Source: an uncultured Bacilli bacterium
Lineage (GTDB): Bacteria > Bacillota_I > Bacilli_A > RF39 > UBA660
Length of the DNA stretch: 61,151 nt
Direction of reading: 5' to 3'
Assembly: GCA_944359065.1 (NCBI GenBank)
Contig: CALVSP010000003.1
Coordinates: 1-61,151 of the forward strand
The notes under the pieces were generated by a model, which saw nothing but the letters and a program-made list of their open reading frames with translations, was not told where the DNA came from and made no database searches. Position 1 is the stretch's first letter; every line of letters begins with the position of its first letter. Positions 18,616-28,569 of the stretch are shown in pieces. The translations under genes and the position numbers were made by a program.

Positions 18616-18822
18616 ATGTCTAAAAGTGTTTTGACAAAAAGAGAAAAACAAGTTTTTGATTTGTTAGTATTAAATAAATCTACTTTGGAAATTGCTAAAA
18701 AGTTAGGTATAAGTGAAAAGACAGTTAGAAATCATATTTCTAATGTTATGCAAAAACTTGGTGTTAAAGGTAGAGCTGGTGCTGTCATAGAACTTTTAAA
18801 ATTAAAGGAAATTTCATTATAA
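18616..18822 (+). CDS. gerE: GerE spore-coat transcription regulator (LuxR HTH)
   Basis: LTKREKQVFDLLV...ISEKTVRNHISNVMQKLGVKGR, near-identical to Bacillus GerE. Confidence 0.93.
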   Translation: MSKSVLTKREKQVFDLLVLNKSTLEIAKKLGISEKTVRNHISNVMQKLGVKGRAGAVIELLKLKEISL

Positions 18823-18825
18823 AAA

Positions 18826-18854
18826 GGTATATATAACCTTTTTTTTCATAATAT
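18826..18854 (+). promoter_or_regulatory. sigmaE-type promoter of gerM overlapping the gerE terminator hairpin
   Basis: GGTATA-N15-CATAATAT within AAAAAGGT...ACCTTTTTT. Confidence 0.55.
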
Positions 18855-18869
18855 TAATTAGGTGATCGT

Positions 18870-19820
18870 ATGTTAAAGAAAAAGATGATAAGAAAGATTA
18901 TTATCTCTACCTCTGCTCTATTTGCTTTATTTTTAATTTATTTAATACCGAATGAAGAATTAGAAATAAGTCAAAATTTAGAATATGTCGAATTAGAAGT
19001 AAACACCAATAGTATATATTTATTAGATGATTATAGCTATTTAGGAAAAGCTGAAGTAGTTGTCAATAGTAAGTCAACAGAAGATAAAGTAAAAGAATTA
19101 GTTGAAGTTTTAATAAGTGGTGGCGAGGGAGAAAATAAAATACCTAATGGTTTTAAATCAATACTACCTAGTGAAACTAAAATATTGAGTGTCAAATATG
19201 AAAATAATTTAATTAAAATAGATTTCAGTAAAGATTTATTAAATATAAGTAAAGATTTAGAAGAAAAGATGATTGAAGCTTTAGTTTATACAATAACTTC
19301 TGTTGATGAAGTTGAAAAAGTAATTATCTATGTTGAAGGAGATATTTTAACTAAATTGCCACAAACTAATACTACCCTACCTAGTACTTTAGATAGAAGT
19401 TGGGGAATCAATAAAACCTATGATTTTACAAATACTAAAGATATTAATCAAGTAACTATTTATTATTTAAATAAACATAATGATGATTATTATTATGTAC
19501 CTGTTACAAAATATTTAAATGATAATCGAGATAAAATAAAAATAATCATCGACGAATTAACTAGTACTAATACTTATAATACTAATTTAATGAGTTATTT
19601 AAACAGCAATACCGAAATTTTAGCTATTGAAGAGCAACCTGATATTTTAGAACTAACATTCAATTCTTATATATTTTCTGACGTTGATAACAAAGATATT
19701 TTAGAAGAAGTTGTCTATACTATTTGTTTATCTGTTAAAGATAATTATGATGTAAGTGAAGTTGTTATTAAAAATGAAAATGAAGAAATATTAAAAACAG
19801 TCTTAAAAGAAATAAATTGA
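18870..19820 (+). CDS. gerM: GerMN-domain sporulation/germination protein
   Basis: Two GerMN-like repeats (GFKSILPSETKIL, IDFSKD, VEKVIIYVEG; YYYVPVT); follows gerE. Confidence 0.87.
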   Translation: MLKKKMIRKIIISTSALFALFLIYLIPNEELEISQNLEYVELEVNTNSIYLLDDYSYLGKAEVVVNSKSTEDKVKELVEVLISGGEGENKIPNGFKSILPSETKILSVKYENNLIKIDFSKDLLNISKDLEEKMIEALVYTITSVDEVEKVIIYVEGDILTKLPQTNTTLPSTLDRSWGINKTYDFTNTKDINQVTIYYLNKHNDDYYYVPVTKYLNDNRDKIKIIIDELTSTNTYNTNLMSYLNSNTEILAIEEQPDILELTFNSYIFSDVDNKDILEEVVYTICLSVKDNYDVSEVVIKNENEEILKTVLKEIN

Positions 19821-19867
19821 CAAATTATTAAAAAAGTATATAATATTCTTCACCAAAGGAGGATATT

Positions 19868-20050
19868 ATGAGCCGTACTGATGATTTATTAATGGCATTA
19901 AATGCTAAAATTGAAAGATTAATTAATAATCTACAAAATACTAAAGATTTAAGTGAAATCAAAAAATTATTAGAAGAAGCTAACAGATTAAAAGAATTTG
20001 AATTACAAATGAAATATCCAGATGAATTTAGAAGATTTAAACAAAAATAG
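19868..20050 (+). CDS. Small hypothetical coiled-coil protein
   Basis: AAAGGAGG SD and TTGACA-16-TATAAT promoter. Confidence 0.75.
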   Translation: MSRTDDLLMALNAKIERLINNLQNTKDLSEIKKLLEEANRLKEFELQMKYPDEFRRFKQK

Positions 20051-20070
20051 TTATCAAATTTTTTAGATAA

Positions 20071-21258
20071 CTATTTTTTATTAACTTTATGTTCAATTTT
20101 ATCCCAAGTAACATTTTTTGTAAATAATGATTTTAATGCACAATATACATAAGTCATTAAATAAAATGGATTAAAAAATATTACTTTAATTTTTGTTAAT
20201 TTATTTAAATCTAATTTATCTTTTTTTATCATTTTAATTGTTATGAGCATCATAATTAAATAAACAAATAATATAATAACTATTAATGACGTTAAAATTA
20301 TAAAAAACGAAATATTTTTATTAAATAATAGCAATATAGATTTAAAAATATATAAAATTATTCCAATAGCTAAATAAATATACGCTCTAACCCCTAAACA
20401 CGCACTATATTTTGAACCATAATTTAATTTGTTTTTATTCATACTTTTTATAATTAACGGAATATATTTTTTTCTAGATTCAAAATATCCTTTAATCCAT
20501 CTTACTCTTTGTTTTACAGTTTGTTTATATTCTGTTGGTTGTTCATCATAGAAAATAGCTTTGTCATTATAATAAGAAGTCATATTATTTAAGACTGAAT
20601 ATAAACTCAATTCATAATCTTCAGTTAAAGTATGAAATGGATATCCTTTCCATTTTTTTATCCAAGAACCTTTTATATAAAATCCTGTTCCTGATACAAC
20701 TATATTAGCGTTATATTTATTTCTAAAATCATTCCCTAATGTATTAATCATTGAAAATGTTAAACTTGAACAAGCTGATATTACATTGTCATTACCATTT
20801 TTACAATTTCTATATCCTACACCAATATCATAACCAGCTTCATAAGTTTTTTTCATTTCTTTAAAAAAATTTTTATCCACAATATTATCTGCATCAAAAA
20901 TAAAATATAAATTGTAATCTTTTATTTGTTTAATGGCTTCATCTAAGGCATAACCTTTTCTTTGCTTTTTAGTAGTTCTTAAAATAACTATTGCATTATA
21001 TTTTTTACATATATCTACAGTTTTATCATTCATATCTTCCACTATAACATAAACATCTTGCATATTTACAGATAATGTTAAACTTTTTAATAATCCTTCT
21101 ATTACTTTACTTTCATCTCGAGCAGGAATTAAAACACAAAAATTATAATCATCATTATTTTTTATTAAATTATTTTTATTATTTCTAATACTAATATTAC
21201 CAGATATTAACAAAATAATTCCAACAACTATAAATACTAAACATATTAAATCAAACAT
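20071..21258 (-). CDS. Family 2 glycosyltransferase (membrane)
   Basis: LIPARDE, KGYAL, FDAD, LTED, QRVRW. Confidence 0.93.
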   Translation of the reverse strand: MFDLICLVFIVVGIILLISGNISIRNNKNNLIKNNDDYNFCVLIPARDESKVIEGLLKSLTLSVNMQDVYVIVEDMNDKTVDICKKYNAIVILRTTKKQRKGYALDEAIKQIKDYNLYFIFDADNIVDKNFFKEMKKTYEAGYDIGVGYRNCKNGNDNVISACSSLTFSMINTLGNDFRNKYNANIVVSGTGFYIKGSWIKKWKGYPFHTLTEDYELSLYSVLNNMTSYYNDKAIFYDEQPTEYKQTVKQRVRWIKGYFESRKKYIPLIIKSMNKNKLNYGSKYSACLGVRAYIYLAIGIILYIFKSILLLFNKNISFFIILTSLIVIILFVYLIMMLITIKMIKKDKLDLNKLTKIKVIFFNPFYLMTYVYCALKSLFTKNVTWDKIEHKVNKK

Positions 21259-21260
21259 AA

Positions 21261-21980
21261 TTAATCTCCTTTTACAAATGACATATTAGGAAAATATTTT
21301 TTTAAAAATTCATCATCATAATGTTTATCTAAAAATTTACCATAAGGTGTAATAGCGGGAATATTATTATTTCTTAAATTTTGCCTTATAATAGCTGTCC
21401 AAGATATAGTCATATTAATAACCATAAAAACAAATAAAATATTGACCAATAACTTACCTAAATTATACGGTATTTTTTCTATTTTAGAAGAAATAAAAGG
21501 ATATAAATATTTAACAAATAAAAAACTAAATACCCCCCATAAAATCATATAAGGAATAGTTACTCTACCATTTATATTTAATAATTTATGTGAATAATCC
21601 CATGAAACAGAATTAGTAAATGTTTCTTGTAAAAATCCTATAAAATATTCTATTCCACCGCCTAATAAAGCACCATAAAGAACTGTTTGATACCATTTAT
21701 GATTTTTATCAATTAATAAGCTTACTATAATAATCGCTCCAAAACCATAGATAACATTAAATGGCCCATATATAACACCCCTTCTATATTCCCAAACAAT
21801 ATTACCTGTTCTTGAATAAACCAAAAATAAATTTAACAATTCTTCATATAATGATCCTAGTATTGAACCAATAATAAAAATTGTAAATAACTTATCAAAA
21901 CAAATTCCTTTGGCAAAAATAGTTTCATCTTTAATAAAATAATTCTTTAATTTTTGTAAACTTCTTTTCATACTAACCAA
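21261..21980 (-). CDS. Putative ABC transporter permease (CmpB/DUF1113-like membrane protein)
   Basis: RRGVIYGPFNVIYGFG, WDYS...NINGRV motifs; multiple TMs. Confidence 0.8.
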   Translation of the reverse strand: MVSMKRSLQKLKNYFIKDETIFAKGICFDKLFTIFIIGSILGSLYEELLNLFLVYSRTGNIVWEYRRGVIYGPFNVIYGFGAIIIVSLLIDKNHKWYQTVLYGALLGGGIEYFIGFLQETFTNSVSWDYSHKLLNINGRVTIPYMILWGVFSFLFVKYLYPFISSKIEKIPYNLGKLLVNILFVFMVINMTISWTAIIRQNLRNNNIPAITPYGKFLDKHYDDEFLKKYFPNMSFVKGD

Positions 21981-22077
21981 CTTCCAAATATATTCTTATT
22001 ATACTATATATTTTTTTAAACGACAAATTACAATTCTGTCACAAAAAAACTCGATTAATTCGAGTTTATTTATCTAA

Positions 22078-22154
22078 TGGTGTCCCAGAAGGGATTCGAA
22101 CCCCTGACCGCTGCCTTAGAAGGGCATTGCTCTATCCAACTGAGCTACTGAGAC
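22078..22154 (-). tRNA. tRNA-Arg(TCT)
   Basis: GTCTCAGTAGCTCAGTTGGATAGAGC...CTTCTAA...GGGACACCA; terminator AAACTCGA/TCGAGTTT follows. Confidence 0.96.
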
Positions 22155-22255
22155 AAGTAACGATATAATTATACAACATAATTTTACATTATTCAAGTAT
22201 TTTTATTTATTTTTTAATAATTTCTTGATATAATTAATTAAAGAAAGGTGATATT

Positions 22256-23107
22256 TTGAAAAAAGTCAGAAAAGCTGTCATACCAGTAGCAGGTATGGGA
22301 ACAAGATTTTTACCAGTTACTAAATCAGTTCCAAAAGAAATGCTACCAATTATCGATAAACCAACATTACAATATATTGTTGAAGAATGTGTAAATAGTG
22401 GTATCGAAGAAATTTTATTCATTACAAGTCCATACAAAAGAAATGTCGAAGATCATTTTGATCAAAGTTTTGAATTAGAAACAAGATTAGAAAAAAATAA
22501 TAAATTAAAAGAATTAGAAATAGTTAAAAATATTTCTAAAATGTGTAAAATTTTTTACACAAGACAAGGCGAACCTTTGGGAAGCGGTCACGCTATTAAA
22601 TTAGCTAAATCATTTGTGGGTAATGAACCATTTGCTGTTTTATATGGTGATGACTTAATGAAGTCAGAAATTCCTGTTTTAAAACAATTAATTGATGTTT
22701 ACGAAAAATATGATGCTAATGTAATTGGTGTCCAAGAAGTTGATAGAAATTTAGTTTATAAATATGGTATCATTGATTTTGAAAGTGGCGATAAAATTAA
22801 AAGTATTGTGGAAAAACCATCTATCGAAGAAGCACCAAGCAATTTTGCAGGATTAGGCAGATACATTGTTAAACCAGAAATATTTGATGAACTAGATAAA
22901 TTAGATAAAGGAAAAGGAAATGAATATCAATTTACTGATGGTATGTTAAGTTTAATGAAAAAACAAGATTTCTATGCTTGTAAATTCAAAGGAACTTACT
23001 ATGATATCGGCAATCAATTAGGTTATCTAAAAGCTAATATTGCATATGCTTTAGATAGAGACGATTTAAAAGAAGAATTAAAACAATTTTTAAAAGAGAT
23101 CAGATGA
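22256..23107 (+). CDS. galU: UTP-glucose-1-phosphate uridylyltransferase
   Basis: KAVIPVAGMGTRFLPVTKSVPKEMLP, PFAVLYGDD, VEKP. Confidence 0.96.
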   Translation: MKKVRKAVIPVAGMGTRFLPVTKSVPKEMLPIIDKPTLQYIVEECVNSGIEEILFITSPYKRNVEDHFDQSFELETRLEKNNKLKELEIVKNISKMCKIFYTRQGEPLGSGHAIKLAKSFVGNEPFAVLYGDDLMKSEIPVLKQLIDVYEKYDANVIGVQEVDRNLVYKYGIIDFESGDKIKSIVEKPSIEEAPSNFAGLGRYIVKPEIFDELDKLDKGKGNEYQFTDGMLSLMKKQDFYACKFKGTYYDIGNQLGYLKANIAYALDRDDLKEELKQFLKEIR

Positions 23108-24842
23108 TCTCTTTTCTAATTAAATTAACAAATTCTTCAATTGATATATTAATAGTTTCTTCGCTACCATATTTACGATAACTAATTGTATTGCTATCAA
23201 CTTCTTTTTGACCTAATATTAATGTATAAGGTATTTTTCTAACAACACTTTCACGCATTCTATAACTTAATTTTTCTTCCCTATTATCTAATTCAACTCT
23301 AAATTCATCTTTTAATAATGAATATATCTTGTTAGCATATTCTATATGATGTTCATTATTAACAGGAATTATATTAATTTGAACTGGTGCTAACCAAGTT
23401 GGTAAAGCTCCTTTAGTTTCCTCTAATATAAAGGCTGTAAATCTATCAAATGTTCCAAAAATAGCTCTATGAATAACAACAGGAGTTTGTTTTTCGCCTT
23501 TATTATCGATATAAGTTAATTCAAATCTTCTTGGTAATAAGAAATCTAATTGACAAGTTGACAATGTTACTTCTGGACCAACTGCTGGTTTTACTTCAAC
23601 ATCTAATTTAGGGCCATAAAAAGCTGCTTCTCCTATTGCTTCAAAATAAGGTATTTCCAATTCATTTAAAACTTCTCTTAATTTATTTTCAGCATTATCC
23701 CACATTTCATCATCATCAAAATATTTTTCTTTATCTTCTTTATCTCTTAATGATAATCTAAATTTATAATTTTTTATACCAAAATCTTTATAAACATCTA
23801 AAATTAAATTGACAACTTGTTTAAATTCATCTTTAATTTGTTCTGGTGTTACGAATAAATGGGCATCATTTTGACACATACATCTTACTCGTTCTAATCC
23901 TTTTACAGCACCAGATGCTTCATATCTAAAATCAGTTGCGAATTCACCTATTCTAATTGGTAAATCTCGATAAGAATGTAATTTATTCTTATATACTAAC
24001 ATATGATGCGGACAATTCATTGGCCTTAATACAAATTCTTCTTCGTCAACTTTCATCATAGGAAACATATTTTCTTTATAATGATCCCAATGTCCACTTG
24101 TCTTATATAAATTAACAGTACCTACACAAGGTGTATAAACGTGATTATATCCTAATTTTCTTTCTTTGTTATAAATATAATTTTCTAGTTGTTTTCTTAT
24201 AATAGCTCCATTAGGTAACCATAAAGGCATACCAGCCCCTACTAATTCGTGATTCATATATATTTCTTGTTCTTTACCGATTTTTCTATGATCTCTTAAT
24301 TTAGCTTCTTCTAAATAATTTAAATGTTCTTTTAGTTCCTCTTCTGTTTCATAACAAATACCATAAATTCTTTGTAATGCTTTATTTTTAGAATCACCTT
24401 TAAAATATGCTCCACTTACTTTAAGTAATTTAAAATGTTTTAATTCTTTAACAGAATCAACATGTGGACCACGACAAAGATCAGTAAAATCACCTTGAGT
24501 ATAGCAAGATATAACTGTGTCATCAGACATATTATTAATTAAATCTATTTTATATGGATCATTTTTAAATTTTTCTAATGCTTCTTCTCTACTTAATTCT
24601 TCACGATAAATTCTTTTTCCATCTTTAGAAATTTTTTTCATTTCTTTTTCAATTTTTTCTAAGTCATCTTCTTTTATAACATTATCACCTAAGTCGATAT
24701 CATAATAAAATCCTTCTTCAATAACGGGACCTACCCAAAATAAAGCATTGGGATACAAATGTTTAACAGCTTGAGCTAAAAGATGGGCACAACTATGATT
24801 AACAACACTTAATCTTTCATCTTCTTTAATATTTTTTAACAT
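23100..24842 (-). CDS. thrS: Threonyl-tRNA synthetase (no N-terminal TGS domain)
   Basis: HSCAHLLAQA, DLCRGPH, RDHRKIG, RPMNCPHH, AFYGPKLD. Confidence 0.98.
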   Translation of the reverse strand: MLKNIKEDERLSVVNHSCAHLLAQAVKHLYPNALFWVGPVIEEGFYYDIDLGDNVIKEDDLEKIEKEMKKISKDGKRIYREELSREEALEKFKNDPYKIDLINNMSDDTVISCYTQGDFTDLCRGPHVDSVKELKHFKLLKVSGAYFKGDSKNKALQRIYGICYETEEELKEHLNYLEEAKLRDHRKIGKEQEIYMNHELVGAGMPLWLPNGAIIRKQLENYIYNKERKLGYNHVYTPCVGTVNLYKTSGHWDHYKENMFPMMKVDEEEFVLRPMNCPHHMLVYKNKLHSYRDLPIRIGEFATDFRYEASGAVKGLERVRCMCQNDAHLFVTPEQIKDEFKQVVNLILDVYKDFGIKNYKFRLSLRDKEDKEKYFDDDEMWDNAENKLREVLNELEIPYFEAIGEAAFYGPKLDVEVKPAVGPEVTLSTCQLDFLLPRRFELTYIDNKGEKQTPVVIHRAIFGTFDRFTAFILEETKGALPTWLAPVQINIIPVNNEHHIEYANKIYSLLKDEFRVELDNREEKLSYRMRESVVRKIPYTLILGQKEVDSNTISYRKYGSEETINISIEEFVNLIRKEII

Positions 24843-25311
24843 AACTTCTACCTCCTAATTGTTCAATTTTTGATTTTTTATTTATTTCTTCTAATAAACT
24901 AATTGTATCTTCTATCACTTTTTTTTCAAATAATAATAATTGCATTTCACTCCATAACGAAATTAACTTACTTAACTGATTAATTCTTACTTTTTTTAAT
25001 TTCATTATTTGTTCATCAATACTACCTAAATTTTGAATTCTTTTTAATTCATTTGGATTAATATATGGCGCTATATTACCATAACAATCTATAACTAAAA
25101 TTATTTTATTAGTTAGTATTAATTCAATATTACTAGATGCAAATTCATAAGAAACAGATAAAACGTAAGGATTATTAAAATTTTTTAAATCCTTATGAGT
25201 TAAACGACGACATTTTAATAAAACACCATCGTTTAAATAATTTGTAACAAAATCTTCCATTTTTATAGCATGTCTATTTCTATCAAGTTTTTCTAAATTA
25301 TTTTTCCCCAT
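24826..25311 (-). CDS. Hypothetical protein between the T-box and thrS
   Basis: 161-aa ORF with AGGGGAG SD; overlaps the thrS start by 17 nt. Confidence 0.75.
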   Translation of the reverse strand: MGKNNLEKLDRNRHAIKMEDFVTNYLNDGVLLKCRRLTHKDLKNFNNPYVLSVSYEFASSNIELILTNKIILVIDCYGNIAPYINPNELKRIQNLGSIDEQIMKLKKVRINQLSKLISLWSEMQLLLFEKKVIEDTISLLEEINKKSKIEQLGGRSYVKKY

Positions 25312-25331
25312 AAATTTTCTCCCCTAAAATA

Positions 25332-25535
25332 AACAAAAACACTCCTTTAATATAAAGGAGTGTTATAAACACGGTACCATCCTAATTTGGTCTTAATTAA
25401 ATAACGGCTTTAACCGGAAATCTCTTTCGAGTTCTACTCATAGGTAGTAACTTTTAACTCTTATTTATTGACCTTCCACCATCGTCAACTCGCTTTAAAT
25501 AGAACTTTAAAAGTCGTGTCCTAATCAATGTATTT
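25332..25535 (-). promoter_or_regulatory. Thr T-box riboswitch with terminator
   Basis: AATTAGGATGGTACCGTG T-box; ACT/ACC specifier candidates; terminator AACACTCCTTTA/TAAAGGAGTGTT plus T-tract; promoter TTGACA-16-TAAAAT at 25542-25569. Confidence 0.9.
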
Positions 25536-25593
25536 AACTATATTTTAACACATCGCTTCTATTTGTCAATATTAAATTAACATTTTATTAAAA

Positions 25594-26808
25594 TTAATAA
25601 GTATTAATAGTTAAATTATATAAATTATTAATTTTATCTTCTTTTTCTTTAGGAACAGTAATTGTATTCTTATCACCATCAGATATATATCGATTATTTT
25701 CTAATATTTTAAAATTCATTTCAATATCAAATTCTTTACCATTATTATCATAAGCTCTAATACGTTTTAAAAAAGTTTTATCAAAATTTTTATTAAATGG
25801 AGAGTATTCTGCTTCCCAACCAACTCTTAATGTTGTTATCGTGTTATATTCTTTATCATTATAGACACCTTTTAAAATTGAATTAAAATTAGAATGACTT
25901 TTATCATAAGGTGAACCAAAAGGAAGTGCTACTATATTAACATATTTTCCAGGTATATATTTATCTAACAAATTATAAACGCTACCAATTTCTTGAACAG
26001 ATTTTTCTTTAGAAATACTAGTAAAATCAGCATGTGAATAACTATGATTACCAATATCATAACCATTATCAACTAACCAATTTAAAATTTTTTCATTATA
26101 CTCACTTTGATTAAATAAACCACCATTAACAAAAAATGTTGCTGTTACATTAAAATCAGGATATTTTTGTTTAAATTCTTCTAAAATTCCAACTGCCGAA
26201 TTAGGATCAATTATTATGTTACCATTTTCATCTAATCCAGTTACTTTTATATTATTAGCTAGGCCATCATCAAATGTAATTATGATAGGACTTAATCCAG
26301 CTTCAACATCGATTATCCCATTAACGTAATCATTTAATCTTATCATTCGATAACCAGAAGTATAATAAAATTCCAAATCATTTCTAAATGCGGATGCTGT
26401 TCTTTGATAACCATCTTTATCGACATTCCCACCAGTATATTCATTATCAGTTACAATGTGAATTCCGTGATACATCATAATTGGAACATTACCTGATTCA
26501 TCTACTTTTAATTCTTCATAATTAATTCCTTTTGATATATAAATAATTAAATTATCATTTTCATTTAATTTACTATCTACAGCAATACTCTGTTTAAATA
26601 TTTTATCTTTTTCATAAGTATTATTCTCTTCTTTTATTTCTAAATTTAAATTATTTTCATTAGCAAAACTAATCGCTTCTTCTTTAGTTTTACCAACTAA
26701 ATCAATCATTAAATTATCTACTTTTTCATCCTTAGGAACAAATATATAAATAGATATAAATGTTACTAAACTTAAAATTATTAAAACTACTAAAATTTTA
26801 TTTTTCAT
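25594..26808 (-). CDS. Membrane-anchored PASTA + polysaccharide deacetylase protein
   Basis: TM, PASTA-like DLVGKTKEEA...KQS, VPIMMYH, ITFDDG, IGNHSYSH; likely start MKNKIL at 26808. Confidence 0.88.
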   Translation of the reverse strand: MKNKILVVLIILSLVTFISIYIFVPKDEKVDNLMIDLVGKTKEEAISFANENNLNLEIKEENNTYEKDKIFKQSIAVDSKLNENDNLIIYISKGINYEELKVDESGNVPIMMYHGIHIVTDNEYTGGNVDKDGYQRTASAFRNDLEFYYTSGYRMIRLNDYVNGIIDVEAGLSPIIITFDDGLANNIKVTGLDENGNIIIDPNSAVGILEEFKQKYPDFNVTATFFVNGGLFNQSEYNEKILNWLVDNGYDIGNHSYSHADFTSISKEKSVQEIGSVYNLLDKYIPGKYVNIVALPFGSPYDKSHSNFNSILKGVYNDKEYNTITTLRVGWEAEYSPFNKNFDKTFLKRIRAYDNNGKEFDIEMNFKILENNRYISDGDKNTITVPKEKEDKINNLYNLTINTY

Positions 26809-26879
26809 ACTACCACCTATATGTATTATACACCCAAACAATAAATTTATAAATACATAAACTATTATAGGTGATTAAA

Positions 26880-27050
26880 ATGTTTAGAAGGTGGAATCAT
26901 GGGACTTGGTGTTTATGTTTAATTGGTCTAATTATCGTCTTTTGTTGGCAAGTAATTATAACTTTTTTTATCATTACTCGTTTTAATTTATTTTTATTAT
27001 TTTTACTATGGTTATTTATTTTATATGTTTTGTTTAGAATAATATGGTGA
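26880..27050 (+). CDS. Small hydrophobic membrane peptide (56 aa), possibly sporulation-specific
   Basis: MFRRWNHGTWCLCLIGLIIVFCWQVII...; AGGTGA SD; AC-N16-CATAAACT promoter; below the ORF-track cutoff. Confidence 0.6.
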   Translation: MFRRWNHGTWCLCLIGLIIVFCWQVIITFFIITRFNLFLLFLLWLFILYVLFRIIW

Positions 27051-27911
27051 AATCAATTTTTCTGTTTTATACATAATATCCATTTCATTACTTATTTCTT
27101 TTGTTTGTTCATAAGTCGATTTGTCAAATTCTATTTTTGGAGGTAGTGCTATTAAAATGAAAAATAATTTTCTTTCATCTTTTTGAAGTGGATAACTTTG
27201 TTCGTATTGTTTTAGTATCTCACTAAAATCATAATCTAATGCATGATGTTTATATAAAATATATAAATCAAATATTGGTATTCCAATTTTAGATTTATCC
27301 CAACTAATTAAATATGATTTATCATTTTTAATAAAATGACTTAAATCTAGATTATTATGTAATACTACTACTCTTTGTTTTGTTTTATCTTTAATTAATT
27401 CATACCAATTTTCTACTTCTTCTTTACAATAATTTAACGAAATAAATATACGAGAAATATTTCTAGCCAATAAATATTCGCTTGGACTCATATAGATATG
27501 AGACTCAATTAAAGTTATTATATCATTATAATAACTTTCTAAATATTCAATATTATTTTTAATATCTTCATATATTTGTTTATAATCTTCAAAATCAATT
27601 TCTTTATAATGTGTTGTCTTACTATGTAATAAACTAATTAAATTAATTAAATCCAACATTTTTTGTTCATTTGGATAATCTAAATTTTCAATATATTCTG
27701 CTATTTCATATTCTTCATTTTCTTCACTTATAGTTCTTGGATAATAATTAAAACTACGTGATTTTAAATAGTCGAAAATTTTTTTATCTTTATTATTTTT
27801 TTTAATAGCAAAACGCCCTATCTCTGTATCAACAATGGTGGTTTTACCATTTTTAATATAGCGATGGGGCTTTATTTGATATTTTTTTAATACATCATTA
27901 ATTTGTTTCAT
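27021..27911 (-). CDS. ysxE: YsxE-like spore coat protein (kinase-like fold)
   Basis: LHSKT, LHNNLDLSHF, ISWD; directly downstream of spoVID as in Bacillus. Confidence 0.8.
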   Translation of the reverse strand: MKQINDVLKKYQIKPHRYIKNGKTTIVDTEIGRFAIKKNNKDKKIFDYLKSRSFNYYPRTISEENEEYEIAEYIENLDYPNEQKMLDLINLISLLHSKTTHYKEIDFEDYKQIYEDIKNNIEYLESYYNDIITLIESHIYMSPSEYLLARNISRIFISLNYCKEEVENWYELIKDKTKQRVVVLHNNLDLSHFIKNDKSYLISWDKSKIGIPIFDLYILYKHHALDYDFSEILKQYEQSYPLQKDERKLFFILIALPPKIEFDKSTYEQTKEISNEMDIMYKTEKLISPYYSKQNI

Positions 27912-28533
27912 ATAAAGAAGGTATAATTAATTTATCGCCTATTTTAATATCACTAATATCATTATATTGTTCTAAAACTTCTTTTGTTATATTATACTTC
28001 AATATTATACTTTCAATTGTATCATTTTCTTTTACAATACAAACATGGTAAGTAGCATAAGTTTCTGTTGAATCATCAAAGTTATCAAATAAATTCTTTA
28101 CATCTTCTGTGTCAAGTCTTGGCATATCATCTAATTTTTTTAGTTCTTCTTTTTTTTCTTCTTTTGCTACTGCTTCTACTTTTTCCTCTTCATATTTAAA
28201 CGGCGGTAAAACTTCTTCTATTTTATCTAAACCTATTTCAACAGATATACTTAATAAATTATTATTAACTATTTCATAATAAAAGTCATCAATATCAATT
28301 ATTAAATTATCTAAATTATATCTATCGCTCATTTCAATATTAACAGGAATATCAAATTTAAAATCTTCTGTATTAACACTTGTATCATTTATTTTATAAC
28401 TACCACTTATTGTAATATTTCCTTTAATTATCCTATCTTCTAAATTTAATTCATGATCTAAAGCAATACTTACTATTTCCGCAATATTATTTTTTAATTT
28501 TAATTCTTTTTTTAAAGGAACCGTTTTTTTCAT
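27898..28533 (-). CDS. spoVID: SpoVID-like coat morphogenetic protein with C-terminal LysM
   Basis: N-terminal SpoVID-like domain; LysM CIVKENDTIESIILKY...IGDKLIIP; sigmaE promoter GTATA-N15-CATATAAT at 28550-28577. Confidence 0.82.
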   Translation of the reverse strand: MKKTVPLKKELKLKNNIAEIVSIALDHELNLEDRIIKGNITISGSYKINDTSVNTEDFKFDIPVNIEMSDRYNLDNLIIDIDDFYYEIVNNNLLSISVEIGLDKIEEVLPPFKYEEEKVEAVAKEEKKEELKKLDDMPRLDTEDVKNLFDNFDDSTETYATYHVCIVKENDTIESIILKYNITKEVLEQYNDISDIKIGDKLIIPSLYETN

Positions 28534-28569
28534 ATCATCACCCTAATTAATTATATGAAAAAAAGTTCA

